DNA of 56,669 nucleotides, filler included, from Sphacelaria rigidula (GCA_964200075.2; 7 parts of 7 records of this genome joined end to end with filler, not necessarily neighbours in it), one strand, 5' to 3'. Positions 1 to 12,159 are shown, counted from the whole stretch's first letter. Made by a program: numbers and translations. Notes: generated by a model not told the origin, from the sequence alone.

Positions 1-140
1 ACACGCGACGGCGCTCCGCGCTTGGTGATTGAGTGCGAGCCTGGTCCGGCGAAAACCCCGCGTGCTCCGTCCTGGCTTTGTAGAGATGCGAAGCCAATAA
101 TCTTCTGACTATGGCATGCATGACTATGAGCACACACACC
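1..140 (-). repeat. Partial copy of dispersed G-run-punctuated repeat (family G)
   Basis: Reverse complement of ~15745-15875 (TACAAAGCCGGGACGGAGCACG core). Confidence 0.8.
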
Positions 141-358
141 CCTCCCACTACCCCTGCACCACCCTCGGGCGCCCAAAATGGGCCCATGTCGAAATTTTGG
201 ATGTGGTGTAATTTTCATGTACATGCCACCCCTTACAATACACCAACTTGATAAAACACAATAACCCGTATATCTACAAGCCAGGAACAGGTGAAGCAAG
301 CCTGCTGTACGATCAAGTATAGACGTATCTTCGAGAACAGCTCCAGGCTGCTGGTTCC

Positions 359-568
359 TCATATATTTCGGCGCCGCAGCATGGGTAGCGAGTCGCATGA
401 ATCCCCGCCATTTCCTCCCGCCCCGCTTCGAGAATCCGATAAGTATCCCCTCGACGTTATCTTCTCGTCGCTATGGAAAACCCAGTGATGCACTATCCGT
501 CGCACGATGCGCTCGGCAACGAAAGCCGGCACAGGGGTTGCTTCGATCAATGCCATCATCTCCGTCAC
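359..568 (-). CDS. Probable last exon of the PKD2-like gene
   Basis: gtgcag|GTG; VTEMMALIEATPVPAFVAERIVRRIVHHW...RRRNI-stop, phase 0. Confidence 0.5.
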   Translation of the reverse strand: MTEMMALIEATPVPAFVAERIVRRIVHHWVFHSDEKITSRGYLSDSRSGAGGNGGDSCDSLPMLRRRNI

Positions 569-3500
569 CTGCACGGCGGAGGGGAAGAGATGTGCGACAC
601 GTTGATCGGACAAGAGCGGGACGTCTTGTCGCTGCTGTCGTACCTGTTCTGCGCATCCCCTTGAAAATCCATGGGAAAGGATCGGTTCGTTCACCTCGAA
701 GTGGTTCGGTGACTTCTTTCTAAGCGCAGCAGCTCCAGCCGCGAAAGGAGATTACGGTAAATGTTGCGTCGTGCTCCCAAAGCGTCTGCCTTAGAAATGC
801 CATCAAGACCCACAAATGCAGTGGCATAGAACCCTACACCAGAACAATCAAAATGGCATCACAAAATGTCAGCGTAGTCCGATTTTCGAGTACGTGAATA
901 TTCCTCCAACCCGTCGCCAATTTTCAGGGTTGAGACACACTTGGTTTCAAATGCGAACCATTGCACTCGAATCTTCGAAATGGCAAGACAGTTCCGGGGG
1001 CTTGCCAGCGTGCTTTGCATGTGCTCTTGCTCAAAGTCGACGACATTGATGCCGATTTTTGATCTACCAGAGCATGTCTTACTCAGGGCATGCTCTGCAA
1101 TCCGTTTGGCCGAGAGTACTCGGCCAGCCTTTGGTTGCGGTTCGGGTTAGGGCTAGCCTCAGGGTTTGACAAAAGCAAGCATGTGTCAACTATGGAATGT
1201 AGAAAATATGATTAGGTAAGGGGTTGGAACGGAATTAGTTCCGACAACAACACGTTTGCCTACCCCTTCCTGACACAGGCTACAAGACGGCAATTCAAAG
1301 TGTAAAATGACTCGGAGTTAAGGTGAGATCAACGATCCTGGAACTCCTTCACGTACCGTGATATATCGGGGACAGTTGTACGACAGCTGTCGTTCCACTA
1401 GCGCGGCCTTGAAGGGGTCCGGCCTCCTCACCATCACCACAGGGAAGCCGTCCACACCGATTACCCCGGTCGGTCCTTGCAAGGCGACTTTGAGAGAGGG
1501 TCGCTCAGAGAGCACGCGTCTTCTGCCCACTCTCCACCGCAAGTAGCGGCCAGCCCACCGTACTCGCGTCTGCCAGGACAAACTGCCCAAGAACGAGTCA
1601 TGTACGGGGATAGGGCCAAGGATCGACTTTGGGTGGACCGGGGGGTGGTATATTCCTCACTCTCAAAACACAAGTGCTGTGTTTCGCAACTTCAAAGGGT
1701 GAAGGGCGGGGTCTTTGATCGGGAGCAAGTCCGGTCGAAGCAAAAACAGAATGTCCTGAGTCCGGGAACAAGAAGCGAAATTCAGTGGGATTATACGGGC
1801 ACAGCGGATGGTGACGAGGGCACTCCCTCAGCCGACTGCTACTCACTCTCCCTTAGCTTTTGACTCCATCAACAGCTAACATCGTTTTCCCACCTTAAAG
1901 TGTGAGTTATGAGGGGTCGAGAGATCAGGCATAATGAAACCGCGGAGTTCGCTGAATGCCCGAACGTCAAGTCACACCAAGTGCACGTATCACGATTCCG
2001 TTACTTTGCCATCAGCGAGTTGGGTGACATTCCATTGACGGCATTCAAGGTTGGGAGTGATGCTACGGTATGGGTGCACAAATATTTTCTGAGGTTGGAA
2101 TTGTTAGGAGCCCCTCACCTCATCCAAAATACGACTGTTGAATAATGTGGGAGTACGCCAGGATGATGATTCTAATCTGCCAGGGATATCCCGAATGAAA
2201 TTTCGAACGGGGATGCCTTGACCCATGTTCTTGTGCATCTAGAACCCTTAGGAGCCCCTGATTCAGACAAGATTTTTCGCAAAAAGTGCGCCCCTACCGC
2301 AGCATTGCTCTTGGGCAATCACGGAACCTTCGGCGAACATAAGGCCGTGTGCGGCATTTTCTCACAGTGTCATCCCCACGAAGGCGGTGAGCGCCTGGAA
2401 GATGGTGTCTTCGTCTCGCATGCCTACCACGACTCCTCGATATGCCTGTCACAGAGGTGCAGGGACAGCTTAGCACGAAGCTGTGTGGGATCAGCAAGCA
2501 GGAAGTACGTTGAGATGGCCCCAAAGCAAGAGCGTACATAACATCGAAGAGAAGTAGTACGCAATCACCAACCGACATCACTACTCCATTTCCTCTCGAT
2601 CGATGCACCATTAGGTGCGCGCGCGCAGCGTTCGAGGTCGCCACAGGTACCCAGTTGATCTGATTAGAACGGCGTCGGCCCTTGAAGAAAAAAAACACCT
2701 CCCTGACATCTCAGGGAACGACAAACGCCTATTTCTCGTGAACACGAACCGACCACGCCAAACAACACCCAACGACGCGCATACATCCTCCCCCCATTGC
2801 CTTACATAACCCACCTCGAGAAGAATAGCAACAACCACGTTGAGCAGCAACACCACGCCTAAAACCTGGTAAAAGACCACCAGCACAACGCCAAGCTCGG
2901 GTTGTACTTCCAGGATCTCGGGATAGAAGCTCTCACCCTCTCCCAGAGACACCCGAATCATGCTCTCCAAAGCATCCCCCAAGCGCGTGAAATGTGCAGA
3001 GCCTTTCCCAACCAGTAACCATGTCACTTCGACGAACACAGCCAACACCTGGAGTGCGGACACCACATATTCGGCTAGCATTACATATAGCATTGTTTTC
3101 GTTCAACTCGCATCATGAGCAACGTGCCTCGTTTTTGTCCGCTCCGACATGCGCTGCTGCCGAGATAGTGTTTGCTATTCCTTCTTTGTTTTCGCCTGAT
3201 GCTATCTCAGTAGTACGGAAGCAGGGGCTGGGGCGAGAAAACAAGACAGCTATCACTGTGAACTCTAAATAGGCAGAGTGATAGATCCGCCGCAGGTCTG
3301 TGTTACTCTCGTATGGGAATCCTGTGTGTTTTGTGCTAGACTATCGAAAAGAGAAGTGAATCGGCGCACGTTCAACCGCGCAAAAGACGAGAGGCAGAAA
3401 AATAACGTTTGGGATTCCTTGCTAGTTTTTGCTCATGTAGGTTTCTTACTTTACGAAGATCATGGACGCTGAAAGGTCTTTGATCTTACGTTCCAATAAA

Positions 3501-6500
3501 AGCATATATGTAAGGAACATGCATGTTTTTTTGAGGTGAGCCTCAAATTCCGGACCAAATAATTGACCACTCGACACCGAACTATCTGCTGCCGAAGAAT
3601 GTACTGCGTTTGAATGTTGCTTTCATGTGCAACGGATCGTTTCAGTCGAGTAGTTCGTCACGGCGTGGTTCGTGGTTGAACACTGGTTATTACTCCCTTT
3701 CGTGCATGGATCCAACCACAAGATCATGGAGGACTAATTGAAGAGTAACGCAAATGAACGGAGAAGATGATAACTATTTTATACCAACGAAACCTGATGG
3801 GGCATAGATAGCACGATGCTGACAACCACCCGGCCGCCAATAATTTACGCACCACGCGGTATGCAGCACGCGGAGGGCTGATGTGATACCTAGCGTAAAT
3901 ATGTCTCCTTTGTTACTGCTGCGTCCCAGGGCTAAGACGCGCAGAAGACCATAATATTTTCAACTCAGCGGCGACTTCATCGTTCGTGTCACTACACCCA
4001 TCCACTGATGAGGCGAATAAGCTTGTAATGCAACCGATGAGAAACGACGAGCATATTCTGCTATGCGCTACCACCGCGAAGAGAACGCTACAGCACAACG
4101 ACTTCAACTCTTGGTAGGCATCCATTTCACTGCGCGCTCACGAAGACATGCATTCGACGGAGACTTACAGTCGCTATCCGACGTGCGTGAAACCTTCGAT
4201 TTCGCTCAGCGGGTGTCTCCGACGAATCTCCAAATTCTTCTCTCTTGGGCGTACGCCTAAGTCTACATGTACGCGCCGTGGACCAGGACCGGGGCAACAA
4301 ATATCGGCAACATCGGCGTTCAATTTCATTCATCTGCGGCGGGGGGGGGGGGGGGGGGGTACTCATTTGTTGCTTGCCTTCGTCGTTTGACCTTTGATCA
4401 CGCATCTCTTTCGAGACGGGATATCTGCGGGGGCGGCGGCCGGGGGAAGATCCCAGGGCGTTGTCTAGCCATTCACTCACCAGTAAAAATACAAACAGAA
4501 GGTGGCCGAGGTTGGTACCCGCTCCGCTCAGCGTATCTGTCACGATGCTCATGCGCCTGTGAAATGTCAATTTCTGCAAAACCACCAGAGCAAAGGGAGG
4601 CGGGGTGAGGCCTGCGGGGCAAGCCCGTGGGTATTGCAAGTGCGGCTGACGCCAAAGATCTTGACGGCAACTCAGCACACCTTGACGCGGAACATTTTGC
4701 GACTGCACCGTGACGGCGACCGGATGCTGATGGACCTGAATGGTACGCAGAAACGTCAACGACGGGGGTACGCACGTTTTCAACTCGATGCACGCCTTAT
4801 GTCAACTGTATTTCACCTGGAACAGGAGGCGATAGAGCCCCACCAAGGTAGTGGCGAGGAAGAGCTGCTTGTAAACACCAGCGAAGAGGGCGAGCTCATG
4901 TTGCAAGAGGATCCCCCTCACCAGCTGCACGTCAATACATTGAAGATCATCGAAAACAAGATCGGAAAAAGATCTACACTCGTGTATGTGTGAAAGATCC
5001 GTGCAAACTGAAGCTGACCCGAACGTATGCAAACATGTCGACAACAAGTGAAAACTCAACAGGAAAAAGCACTCCCTTGAAAAAAAAACTCAAGTATTCA
5101 CGTGTGTGTAAAAGCACATATCAAAACGTGTGAAGCAGATTTCAAAACGTCAATCACGAAGGGGTAAAACGAGCGTACCCCATGGGAAGAGGCGACTCGA
5201 GTCGAACGATTTCGATACTTTCGACGCGATGCGCCGTTGACCCTCAGCAGTCCTTCACTCAGCTCATCTTTTCTTGAATTGTGCAGCCAACTTACTCTCG
5301 CCATTTTATGGACACACATGAGCATGTAGCTTTCAGTCACCGCATGGCGACAGCGGGCATTCGGGAGGTCGGACGCACAGCTAGTACAGCGGAGGTAGGG
5401 AGAGCATTCGATGGTCACTGCCGTCATGGCGTGGGCAAGCGAAGAAAGAAATTACTATCCCGCGGGCATCTGATACCTCACCTGGTCAAGTGGTTCCGAT
5501 CTTTGGTCTGGGACATTCAGTTGCAACTCGGTGTCAATGGGAATGTACCCTATAGTCGCCCATCCCTGAGTTAAGTCGAAAACGAAGGGCATATCGCAAC
5601 GACCAGACGCCAATTGTTGGGAAAACGGAATCGGTCTTGACGCAACGTCTTGCGGTGGCCTTGTGCCAACGGTGTCAGCGACGTTTTCACTCAATACTTC
5701 GCACGTTCCACACGCCCTTGTTGACTATCGAACCACCACGTTAGAGCTCACCCAACTAGGCGACGCAATGAACAAATGCAGACACATCGACACAATCACA
5801 CACTCACCATCCAAAAGATCATGTTGAAGATGATCAGCACATGGAACGTGCAGCCACAGCAACAAAGCCGTTTTCGAACTGAGGGGACAGTCGCGGGCGA
5901 AAACGAAGACGGTCGAACAGACGGACATGCGGCAAGAGTTTCGGCGATGTTACCCGGGCAAGTGAATGGGCAAACAAAAGCGGGAGAGCCCCACAGCCAA
6001 ATGATGAATGAAAACTGGAGGTGGGCCGTGTGAAGTCAAACGCTATCACGTACAACTGCAGTGCGCTCTGCCCCAAACGGAGGCGAAGCGAGTACCGTGC
6101 CATAACTAAGCCAGCACATCCACACCGGTAAGTTGAGGGGCCTGTCAGCCAAGCGAGCCGGACCGCGGGGTACGTTTGAGACCAGTAGTGGGAAAGCCGC
6201 GATGGTGAGGTTCGATGCTGCTGGGCAAAGGGGGTGGTGAGACTCAACCCCCCTGGGAGACCAAAAGTTAAAATTTATCCGTTAGCTGCCGGGACCCCGC
6301 CAAACAAACTCGCTTATATTGCTGCCTGAGTGGTGATATCGCCCGACGCTATCGCGGCGTGCTGCCGTTCGCGGTGCTTATGCAGCATGCTTCGTTCTTG
6401 ACAGCACCATCGAAGTGCCCGTCTGATTGCGGCAGCACCTGAGACACGTTGGAAGCTTTAGACTTCTGAATTCACAATACTCACGTCTGGCTTTCACTCT

Positions 6501-7715
6501 TCTGTTCCTGCGGAACTCGCGGAAGTCCCCGAACATCGTGCCCAACGCAACCACCGTGAAAATGGCTGCCGTGATTCGTCGCGCCCTGATGGAACATCAG
6601 CGGTAAGGAGGCATGCGAAACAATAAAAAAACAGCGATGCAGGTGTCCTTGTATTTTGCAGAAACTGTCCATCCTGCTCGATCTCGCTGTATTTCTGCTG
6701 ATCCAACGCACATTTGGCGAGGATACCCCCCTGTCTACTCACACATGCTGAGGAAAAGTCAACGGGACTTCGGCGCTACAACTCCTGTGGACTCACAAGG
6801 CGAATCTGTCCAGCCACATGGCACAGCTGAATGCCTCGGAGGACAAAAGAATACAGATTTTGTCCTTTAGGAATAATAAAACGGTCACGGGACGGGTGAC
6901 AAGTCACCTGTCTCTGTCGCTGTCGAAGGTGGCCGTCAGAACGTACGACGTCACGCTATCTTCTACGGTCACTTCGCCACCTAATTTGGGGGAACCAGGG
7001 ATATTCAAACGTGCCGCCATGACCAGATTGTATGCCCGGATAGCCACGAGATGACGGTGCCGATCACAGTGGGCAGGGGAAAGTTAGGGGTTACAGTGCA
7101 CCCTGATGGTTTCAAGGTGTGTTAAATGTACAGCCGGCAAAAAATGCAAACCCAGAGCTTTGCTTCTGGCAGTGAATCGATGAGCGAAACACATCACAAT
7201 CGCATCCCCTACGCTTTTCCTTACTACTGTGTGCAAGGGATGGTGAACAGTGTACCACGATATGCTGAAACGCAGAGAGAAGCAGACACTATGATGATAG
7301 ATTGCTTGTATTATCTAGCACTCGGGCCTTTGATGGCATCAAGACAGGGTAAACCACGAAACACGCATGGAGGCCGACTGGGATTCGTGTTCGTGTCACT
7401 CTTAATAATTCCCCCAATAATTGCCCGTAGTGCGTACGCAGACGACATGGTCCAACGATGGCGGTTTCTTCCTGCGATTAGGCACAACATGATGCCGTGA
7501 AGAACCCCTGTATGATGGACCGTACAAACACAATCAGCTTAGCACTCGCAAAAACAGACCGTACCGCCTGAAAACTCGAAATCGACCAGAACGTGGCCGT
7601 ACGCCGTCCTCTCGTGGCCGTTGAAAGTAAACAGCTGAACCGAAATGGAGTGTGTGTTGTTTGCCAATAGCTCCAGGTCCTCCAACATTAACAAAGTGCA
7701 GTATCCGAAGTTGGG
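359..7715 (-). CDS. Polycystin-2/TRPP-like cation channel, 5'-truncated spliced gene. Exons: 7565-7715, 6908-6980, 6485-6585, 5808-5878, 5482-5565, 4817-4924, 4481-4573, 2815-3048, 2380-2445, 1357-1569, 359-568
   Basis: All 11 exons have an AG acceptor, all except the terminal one have a GT donor, and phases join with no stop. The joined protein has PKD-channel motifs: NNTHSISVQLFTFNGHERTAYGHVLVDFEFSGGGEV (cf. TRAxFIDFxxYNxNxNLFxxVxLxxEFxxxGG), S4-S5 KLTFHRRMSIVTDTLSGAGTNLGHLLFVFLL, pore/S6 FTRLGDALESMIRVSLGE...ELGVVLVVFYQVLGVVLLLNVVVAILLEAY. The junctions of the last three exons are less certain. Confidence 0.85.
1357..1569 (-). CDS. Probable C-terminal exon of the PKD2-like gene
   Basis: tggcag|ACG...ACG|gtacgt; 71 codons, phase 0/0, open; no recognised motif. 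Confidence 0.5.
2055..2310. mobile_element. Sola2-like MITE in a PKD2 intron
   Basis: Imperfect TIRs GAGTGATGCTACGGTA / reverse complement GAGCAATGCTGCGGTA; GAG...CTC termini; 4-bp TSD TTGG (2051-2054, 2311-2314). Confidence 0.75.
2380..2445 (-). CDS. PKD2-like exon (post-S6)
   Basis: tgacag|GCATAT; AYRGVVVGMRDEDTIFQALTAF continues ILLE-AY as in PKD channels; donor position (gtgggg) is tentative. Confidence 0.6.
2815..3048 (-). CDS. PKD2-like exon (S5-pore-S6)
   Basis: ctccag|GTG...GAG|gtgggt; 78 aa including pore helix SMIRVSLGE and S6 LLLNVVVAILLE. Confidence 0.88.
4481..4573 (-). CDS. PKD2-like exon (S4-S5 linker/S5)
   Basis: ttgcag|AAA...CTG|gtgagt; KLTFHRRMSIVTDTLSGAGTNLGHLLFVFLL. Confidence 0.85.
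4817..4924 (-). CDS. PKD2-like exon (S4 helix)
   Basis: gtgcag|CTG...CAG|gtgaaa; LVRGILLQHELALFAGVYKQLFLATTLVGLYRLLFQ. Confidence 0.7.
5482..5565 (-). CDS. PKD2-like exon (S3-S4 loop)
   Basis: actcag|GGA...CAG|gtgagg; GWATIGYIPIDTELQLNVPDQRSEPLDQ, phase 0/0. Confidence 0.7.
5808..5878 (-). CDS. PKD2-like exon (S3 helix)
   Basis: cctcag|TT...TGGATG|gtgagt; RKRLCCCGCTFHVLIIFNMIFWM. Confidence 0.65.
6485..6585 (-). CDS. PKD2-like exon (S2 helix)
   Basis: catcag|G...AGAC|gtgagt; ARRITAAIFTVVALGTMFGDFREFRRNRRVKAR. Confidence 0.75.
6908..6980 (-). CDS. PKD2-like exon
   Basis: aattag|GT...GACAG|gtgact; phase 1 to phase 2; GEVTVEDSVTSYVLTATFDSDRD. Confidence 0.75.
7565..7715 (-). CDS. PKD2-like exon (end of TOP/polycystin domain)
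   Basis: ctacag|CCC...GGCG|gtacgg; PNFGYCTLLMLEDLELLANNTHSISVQLFTFNGHERTAYGHVLVDFEFSG. Confidence 0.85.
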
Positions 7716-7858
7716 CTGTAGCACGCAATGGTGGAACAAGCGTGTACAGCAGGGATATGGGCATCAGCGCAAACAGCAAACGGTATCGATGGGTGACAGG
7801 AGGGGAAAAAGTAGGATCTAGATACGAATCGTGTTTACAGCAGTACCGAACGCCATGA

Positions 7859-8010
7859 GAGTGATGCTACGTTACGGGTGCAATAATATTTTCTGAGGTT
7901 AGAATTGTTAGGAGCCCTTGATCTAATGCAAAACACGACCTATGAAAATATGTGAAAGTACGCCAGGAGTACTACTCCCATGTGCTGGGGATATCCCGAA
8001 TGGATTTGCA
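7859..8010 (+). mobile_element. Copy of the Sola2-like MITE, truncated by the contig end
   Basis: Aligns by eye with 2055-2200. Confidence 0.75.
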
Positions 8011-8110
8011 NNNNNNNNNNNNNNNNNNNNNNNNNNNNNNNNNNNNNNNNNNNNTTAATTAATTAANNNNNNNNNNNNNNNNNNNNNNNNNNNNNNNNNN
8101 NNNNNNNNNN
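8011..8110. other. Artificial contig linker
   Basis: N44-TTAATTAATTAA-N44 (stops in all six frames). Confidence 0.98.
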
Positions 8111-8263
8111 GCGCCCACGTATCCCGGAACGAGTAGACTGGCGCCCAGAATAAATGGGACGACAACACACACACACAGTAGTGTTCACCACTTGGTCGTA
8201 TAGAACCTTCCCGGAATTTTATTACTTGATTTGAGTGTAAACACTGATATTCGGATCTTTAGC

Positions 8264-8445
8264 AGGGCTGACAGCCCTAACTGCCCCTCGCGTGCGCAGA
8301 ACGCGTTTTCGTCAAAATCGGCGCCTGCGGCGGCGTTTTGAGGTCTGCCAACGCCACAGTTTGCCTAGGGAACGCTTCACACACACCTCGCCCGAGGGTT
8401 CTCCGTATGCCTTGGATTGGGGTTAGGGTTAGGGTTAGCGTTATT
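8264..8445 (+). mobile_element. MITE-like repeat with internal TTAGGG tract (family T), partial
   Basis: Starts GGGCTGACAG; homologous to 11862-12040; contains GGGGTTAGGGTTAGGGTTAG. Confidence 0.65.
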
Positions 8446-9344
8446 TTAAAAAATATGTTTCCGAGAAATTTCGTCATCGACCAAGTGGTGAAGTTGAAGA
8501 TCGGAGCGTAGCGGGATCTGCGGCTTGTGGGACGGGTACGAATGTGAATAATATTGGCTAATGTGAGAGGATTGTGGAGCGGTCGATGTAACAAAATAGA
8601 TCACAGAGGTTGAGAGCCAAGCTTGGGGCAACGGGAAAAGACGGGCCGGCAATTTAGCTTGAATTGTTTCTCTTTCCTTTGTCCGTCCGTAAAAAACAAG
8701 CGGAAAAATTATGGACGATTACAGGCTACAGGCGGGTGTTCGCTTTACGCCGAGCACCGCCTATATTTGTGTACGAGAAGCATTGTTCCGAGTTTAACAA
8801 GGATGTCGGGATGTGGGTCGATCCCATTCCAATTGTGTTCAAGATGCTCAAGTCCATGGCTTCTTCACAGGCGGAGGAGTTCAGACACAAGTCCGACGAC
8901 AAAGCTACTGCCGGACAAAACAAAGAAACGAGATATCTGCATTCACGTACGGGCGATGCGCACGGCATTCGGCATTTTCTTACGAAAGGGTTTGACAGAC
9001 GGCAGTAAAGGCCGGTAGCGCGTAGAGGCTTCTATGTCATGACTACAAAATATTGAGGACAAGACTAGTTCAAACGCTCCAATCTACGACGCTACATGGA
9101 AGGCCGACAAGGGCAACCTGCGGGCTCAAGTCCTCACTGCCATCAACAAGGATCTCGAATACATGATGACCACGGGCGCAGGGTCAGAAGCGACGTAGTC
9201 GTATCCTCATTTTCCCAAAGGCCCGCCTTCAACCTCAGCTGAGATTGATACAGTGCCGCCCGTGACGGAAGCGTCTTTCGCACGCACGACGCGAGCGTTG
9301 GATACCGTCAGCAGTACAGCTGCAACACAGATCAGATCAGATCA

Positions 9345-10160
9345 GTGCTATCTTTGTCATCGTCTTTGGCCACTTACGAGGGAGATTTCAAGATGTGGAG
9401 ACAGTGGCGCAGTTTAGCGGTGGGCAAGCCCCTTTTGATAGATATTTCAGAAGGAGCAGAAGCAATTGCTGTGGAGCTGGGTAAATTCTTGGCGTACCTA
9501 TTTTTTGCAATGGGAAATAAACTATCCACCGCAATCGGTAGGTTATCCGCTGTGCAGTATTTCCACCGCTGGGTCGGAATTGAATTGCCACTGCGGCACC
9601 ATTTCTTGAGGACAACAAAAGCAGGTGTGGGGCGTGAGAGTAATTTGCGAGCCGAAGGCAGCCGCATACGGCGCCCCTTAACATGGGTTATGCTGCAACG
9701 GGGCCGCGTGTTGGCGGCAGAATGGGGAATGGGCGGCCAAGAGTTGTGGTAATGCCTATGCATATCATATTTTTTCCCCTGTGCAGACCATCAGAGTTAT
9801 TCGCGTACAGCAACGAAAAAACTCCACGAGAATTTCGGTCTAACGAGAGGTGACATCGCCTTCAAGCGGAACGGCATCCAATGCGTGCACATAGATTATC
9901 AACACCACGCGGATTGGGTGGAAGTACGTCTTAAGGCAACCAAAAGCGATCAGGGTCGAAAAGGGGCGATGATGCTCAGATAATGCATGCACTAATTAAC
10001 CGGGAAACACACAGCCACAGACGGTGGGTCATTTATTGGGAACAGGTGGGGGAGGCTTTGAGACAGTGCGGGAACTGATGCTGATGCACTCAACCCTAGG
10101 CGCCGAAGTACCTTTGGCGGGGTATCCATCAGGAACAAGGCGAACAGTGTGGACGGGACA
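9345..10160 (+). pseudogene. Tyrosine recombinase relic of a DIRS/Ngaro-type element
   Basis: GNKLSTAIGRLSAVQYFHR...RRPLTWVML, then across a stop and frameshifts LCRPSELFAY (catalytic R), LTRGDIAF, ADWVEVRLKATKSDQGRKG; the C-terminal H-x-x-R/Y region is not seen. Confidence 0.85.
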
Positions 10161-11436
10161 TCCAAAAACGAAAAAAAAATCAAACATCCCAACTTCAAAC
10201 ACTCATCATTATTATTATACCATACAGAATATTTTCATCACATATTCGGGACACTTTGCATCACCCCAACGAGGAGCCTAGCCCACGTTTCCGGTCGCTT
10301 GACTCCAGGGTTTCGACAAAGGTTTCCTAAGAAAAAGACAGCTACACAAGAAGATGCGGTGTCTGAAAGGTATGTATGTACCCACCTGTGATAACACCTG
10401 ATCACGTTCCGCCTTGGTAAGCTGGCCATGCTCTACCATTCCCTTAATCTGCAATAAAAAAAAAGAGGGAAAAGGAGAAGAAAAAAAAAATCAATCAGAA
10501 CAACGTTTTCTTGAGACTGAGCAGTGAAGAGCGGTCAATTAGCGAATGAATCGTTTCAGTTCCGAAATGCCCCTCCACAAGGCCCAATATGCTTTCTGTA
10601 GTAGCTCGCCACTGAGGCCCTTGATATCCCCGAGTAGGATATCGACGTGTAACTGTAAGCAAACGCCAATGATAGAGGCAAAGAAAAGCACACACGGGAT
10701 GAAAAATTGGCCAAGTTGAAGTGAATGATCAAAGCCACTCTCGACCAGCGCTCTACTCTAAATCCCACGAAAACGTCGTTTCAAGTGCTTGACCCTCCAT
10801 TGTGGAACATCACTACTCGACGTACTCAGCATGACAGAATGGTGCTGTTGGAACAACCCTGAGGGCTATTACGAGCCTTTACACTGCGAGCCCTCCTCAG
10901 ATGAACTCAGATGGACTGTACCACATTTGAGGTTCATTTTTTATTTATTTATTAACATGTGGACATTGGGCATTTATCTGCATTGAAAATAGTCCCGAAT
11001 AACCCCTGTCCGGTTTTGACCCTGCAGTCACTCGCGCACAGAGTCAGTACGTGTGCTACACGTCTCCGTTGGATACAACGGCATAAAACACACACACCGC
11101 GCCATCGCTCCCCATTAAACACAGTCTACTGCACGCTCCTGATGCCTCTACTTGGTGCTCCACAACAACAGACAGTGTCAAGATATGCCGGCACCACATG
11201 AGGGGCCACGCAGGCGGCAAAGACCACGAGCAGAGTAAAGAGCACCTTAATTTGTGCCCATGTTATTATGTATGGTTGAATTCTCACGATCAAAATAAGA
11301 AATACGGCTGGACAGCGAAGTAGTCCATCTGTAGGGGAACAAAGCGACCATTTTGATAGTGCTGATTGGTCAGAACGGTCGCTCTACTCCTCTCGGGCCT
11401 CGTTCCCGGCTCACAATTTTCCGTGGGAATCTTTTT

Positions 11437-11694
11437 TACGGGTCGGACGAATCAATGATTCCTCTGGAAATTACTTGGTTTTAATGCAATCGATTGGTGC
11501 CGTATGAATTCATCCTTGGGCTTTGTTGTAAGCGTTGCGAGATAGGTACGCGCAACCCAGGCACGTGGAACGCCGAGAACATTGCGTGGAGACCTTTTTG
11601 ACCAGCGGTCAACTCTTTTCTATCGGTCAAGCAATCAGGCCTGAAAAATCGTGCATGTGGTGAATCGAACCGGCGATGATTCGTCCGAACCGTG
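11437..11694 (-). mobile_element. MITE family A copy (CA-N6-GGAC termini)
   Basis: TIR TACGGGTCGGACGAATCA ... TGATTCGTCCGAACCGTG; homologous to 14602, 27418, 56014; TSD not readable. Confidence 0.8.
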
Positions 11695-11861
11695 GGAAAA
11701 CTTTCAAACACACATGGTTGACTTGGTGAGCCTTTGGTCTCTTCTGCGAACAGGCCCCCACCCCCCTGTCAAAAACAGTAGAGTTTACCGGCGTTGGCTA
11801 CAAATGTCCATGATTGATGTTACTTGACTCGAATCTCTACAACAAGAATGGGAATATTAGT

Positions 11862-12159
11862 CGGGCTGACAGTCCCGTGCGCTCCTCGCGTGCGCAGAAC
11901 GCGTTTTTGTTGAAATCGGCGCCACAGGCGCCGATTTGGGGTCTACCAAGGCCGCACTTTGCCTGTTTAGGGAATGTATGTACCGCCCTTACCCAGGGCT
12001 TCCGGATATGCGCTGGGTTGGGGTTAGGGTTGGGGATAGCGGTACTTGTAAAGTCGTGTCAACCATGGACACTTGTAGCCCAACGCCGGTAAACTAGTCT
12101 CGTAAAAAAGCACACCCTCGCACACTGAAACGCCCGGATGTCCCCGGACTGTCAGCCTG
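11862..12159 (+). mobile_element. MITE family T with telomere-like tract
   Basis: TIR CGGGCTGACAGTCC ... GGACTGTCAGCCTG; internal GGGTTGGGGTTAGGGTTGGGG. Confidence 0.7.

Noticed and set aside
644-719. Additional PKD2-like exon
   Set aside because: It has AG/GT ends, but its 76-nt length is incompatible with the 1357-1569 to 359-568 chain; only possible under an alternative donor. RNA data are needed.
8055-8066. TTAATTAATTAA as a biological motif
   Set aside because: Identical in all six N-gaps; it is a synthetic six-frame-stop linker.
8111-8178. LINE 3' tail ending in (CA)n
   Set aside because: Resemblance is from memory only and the segment is too short to support.
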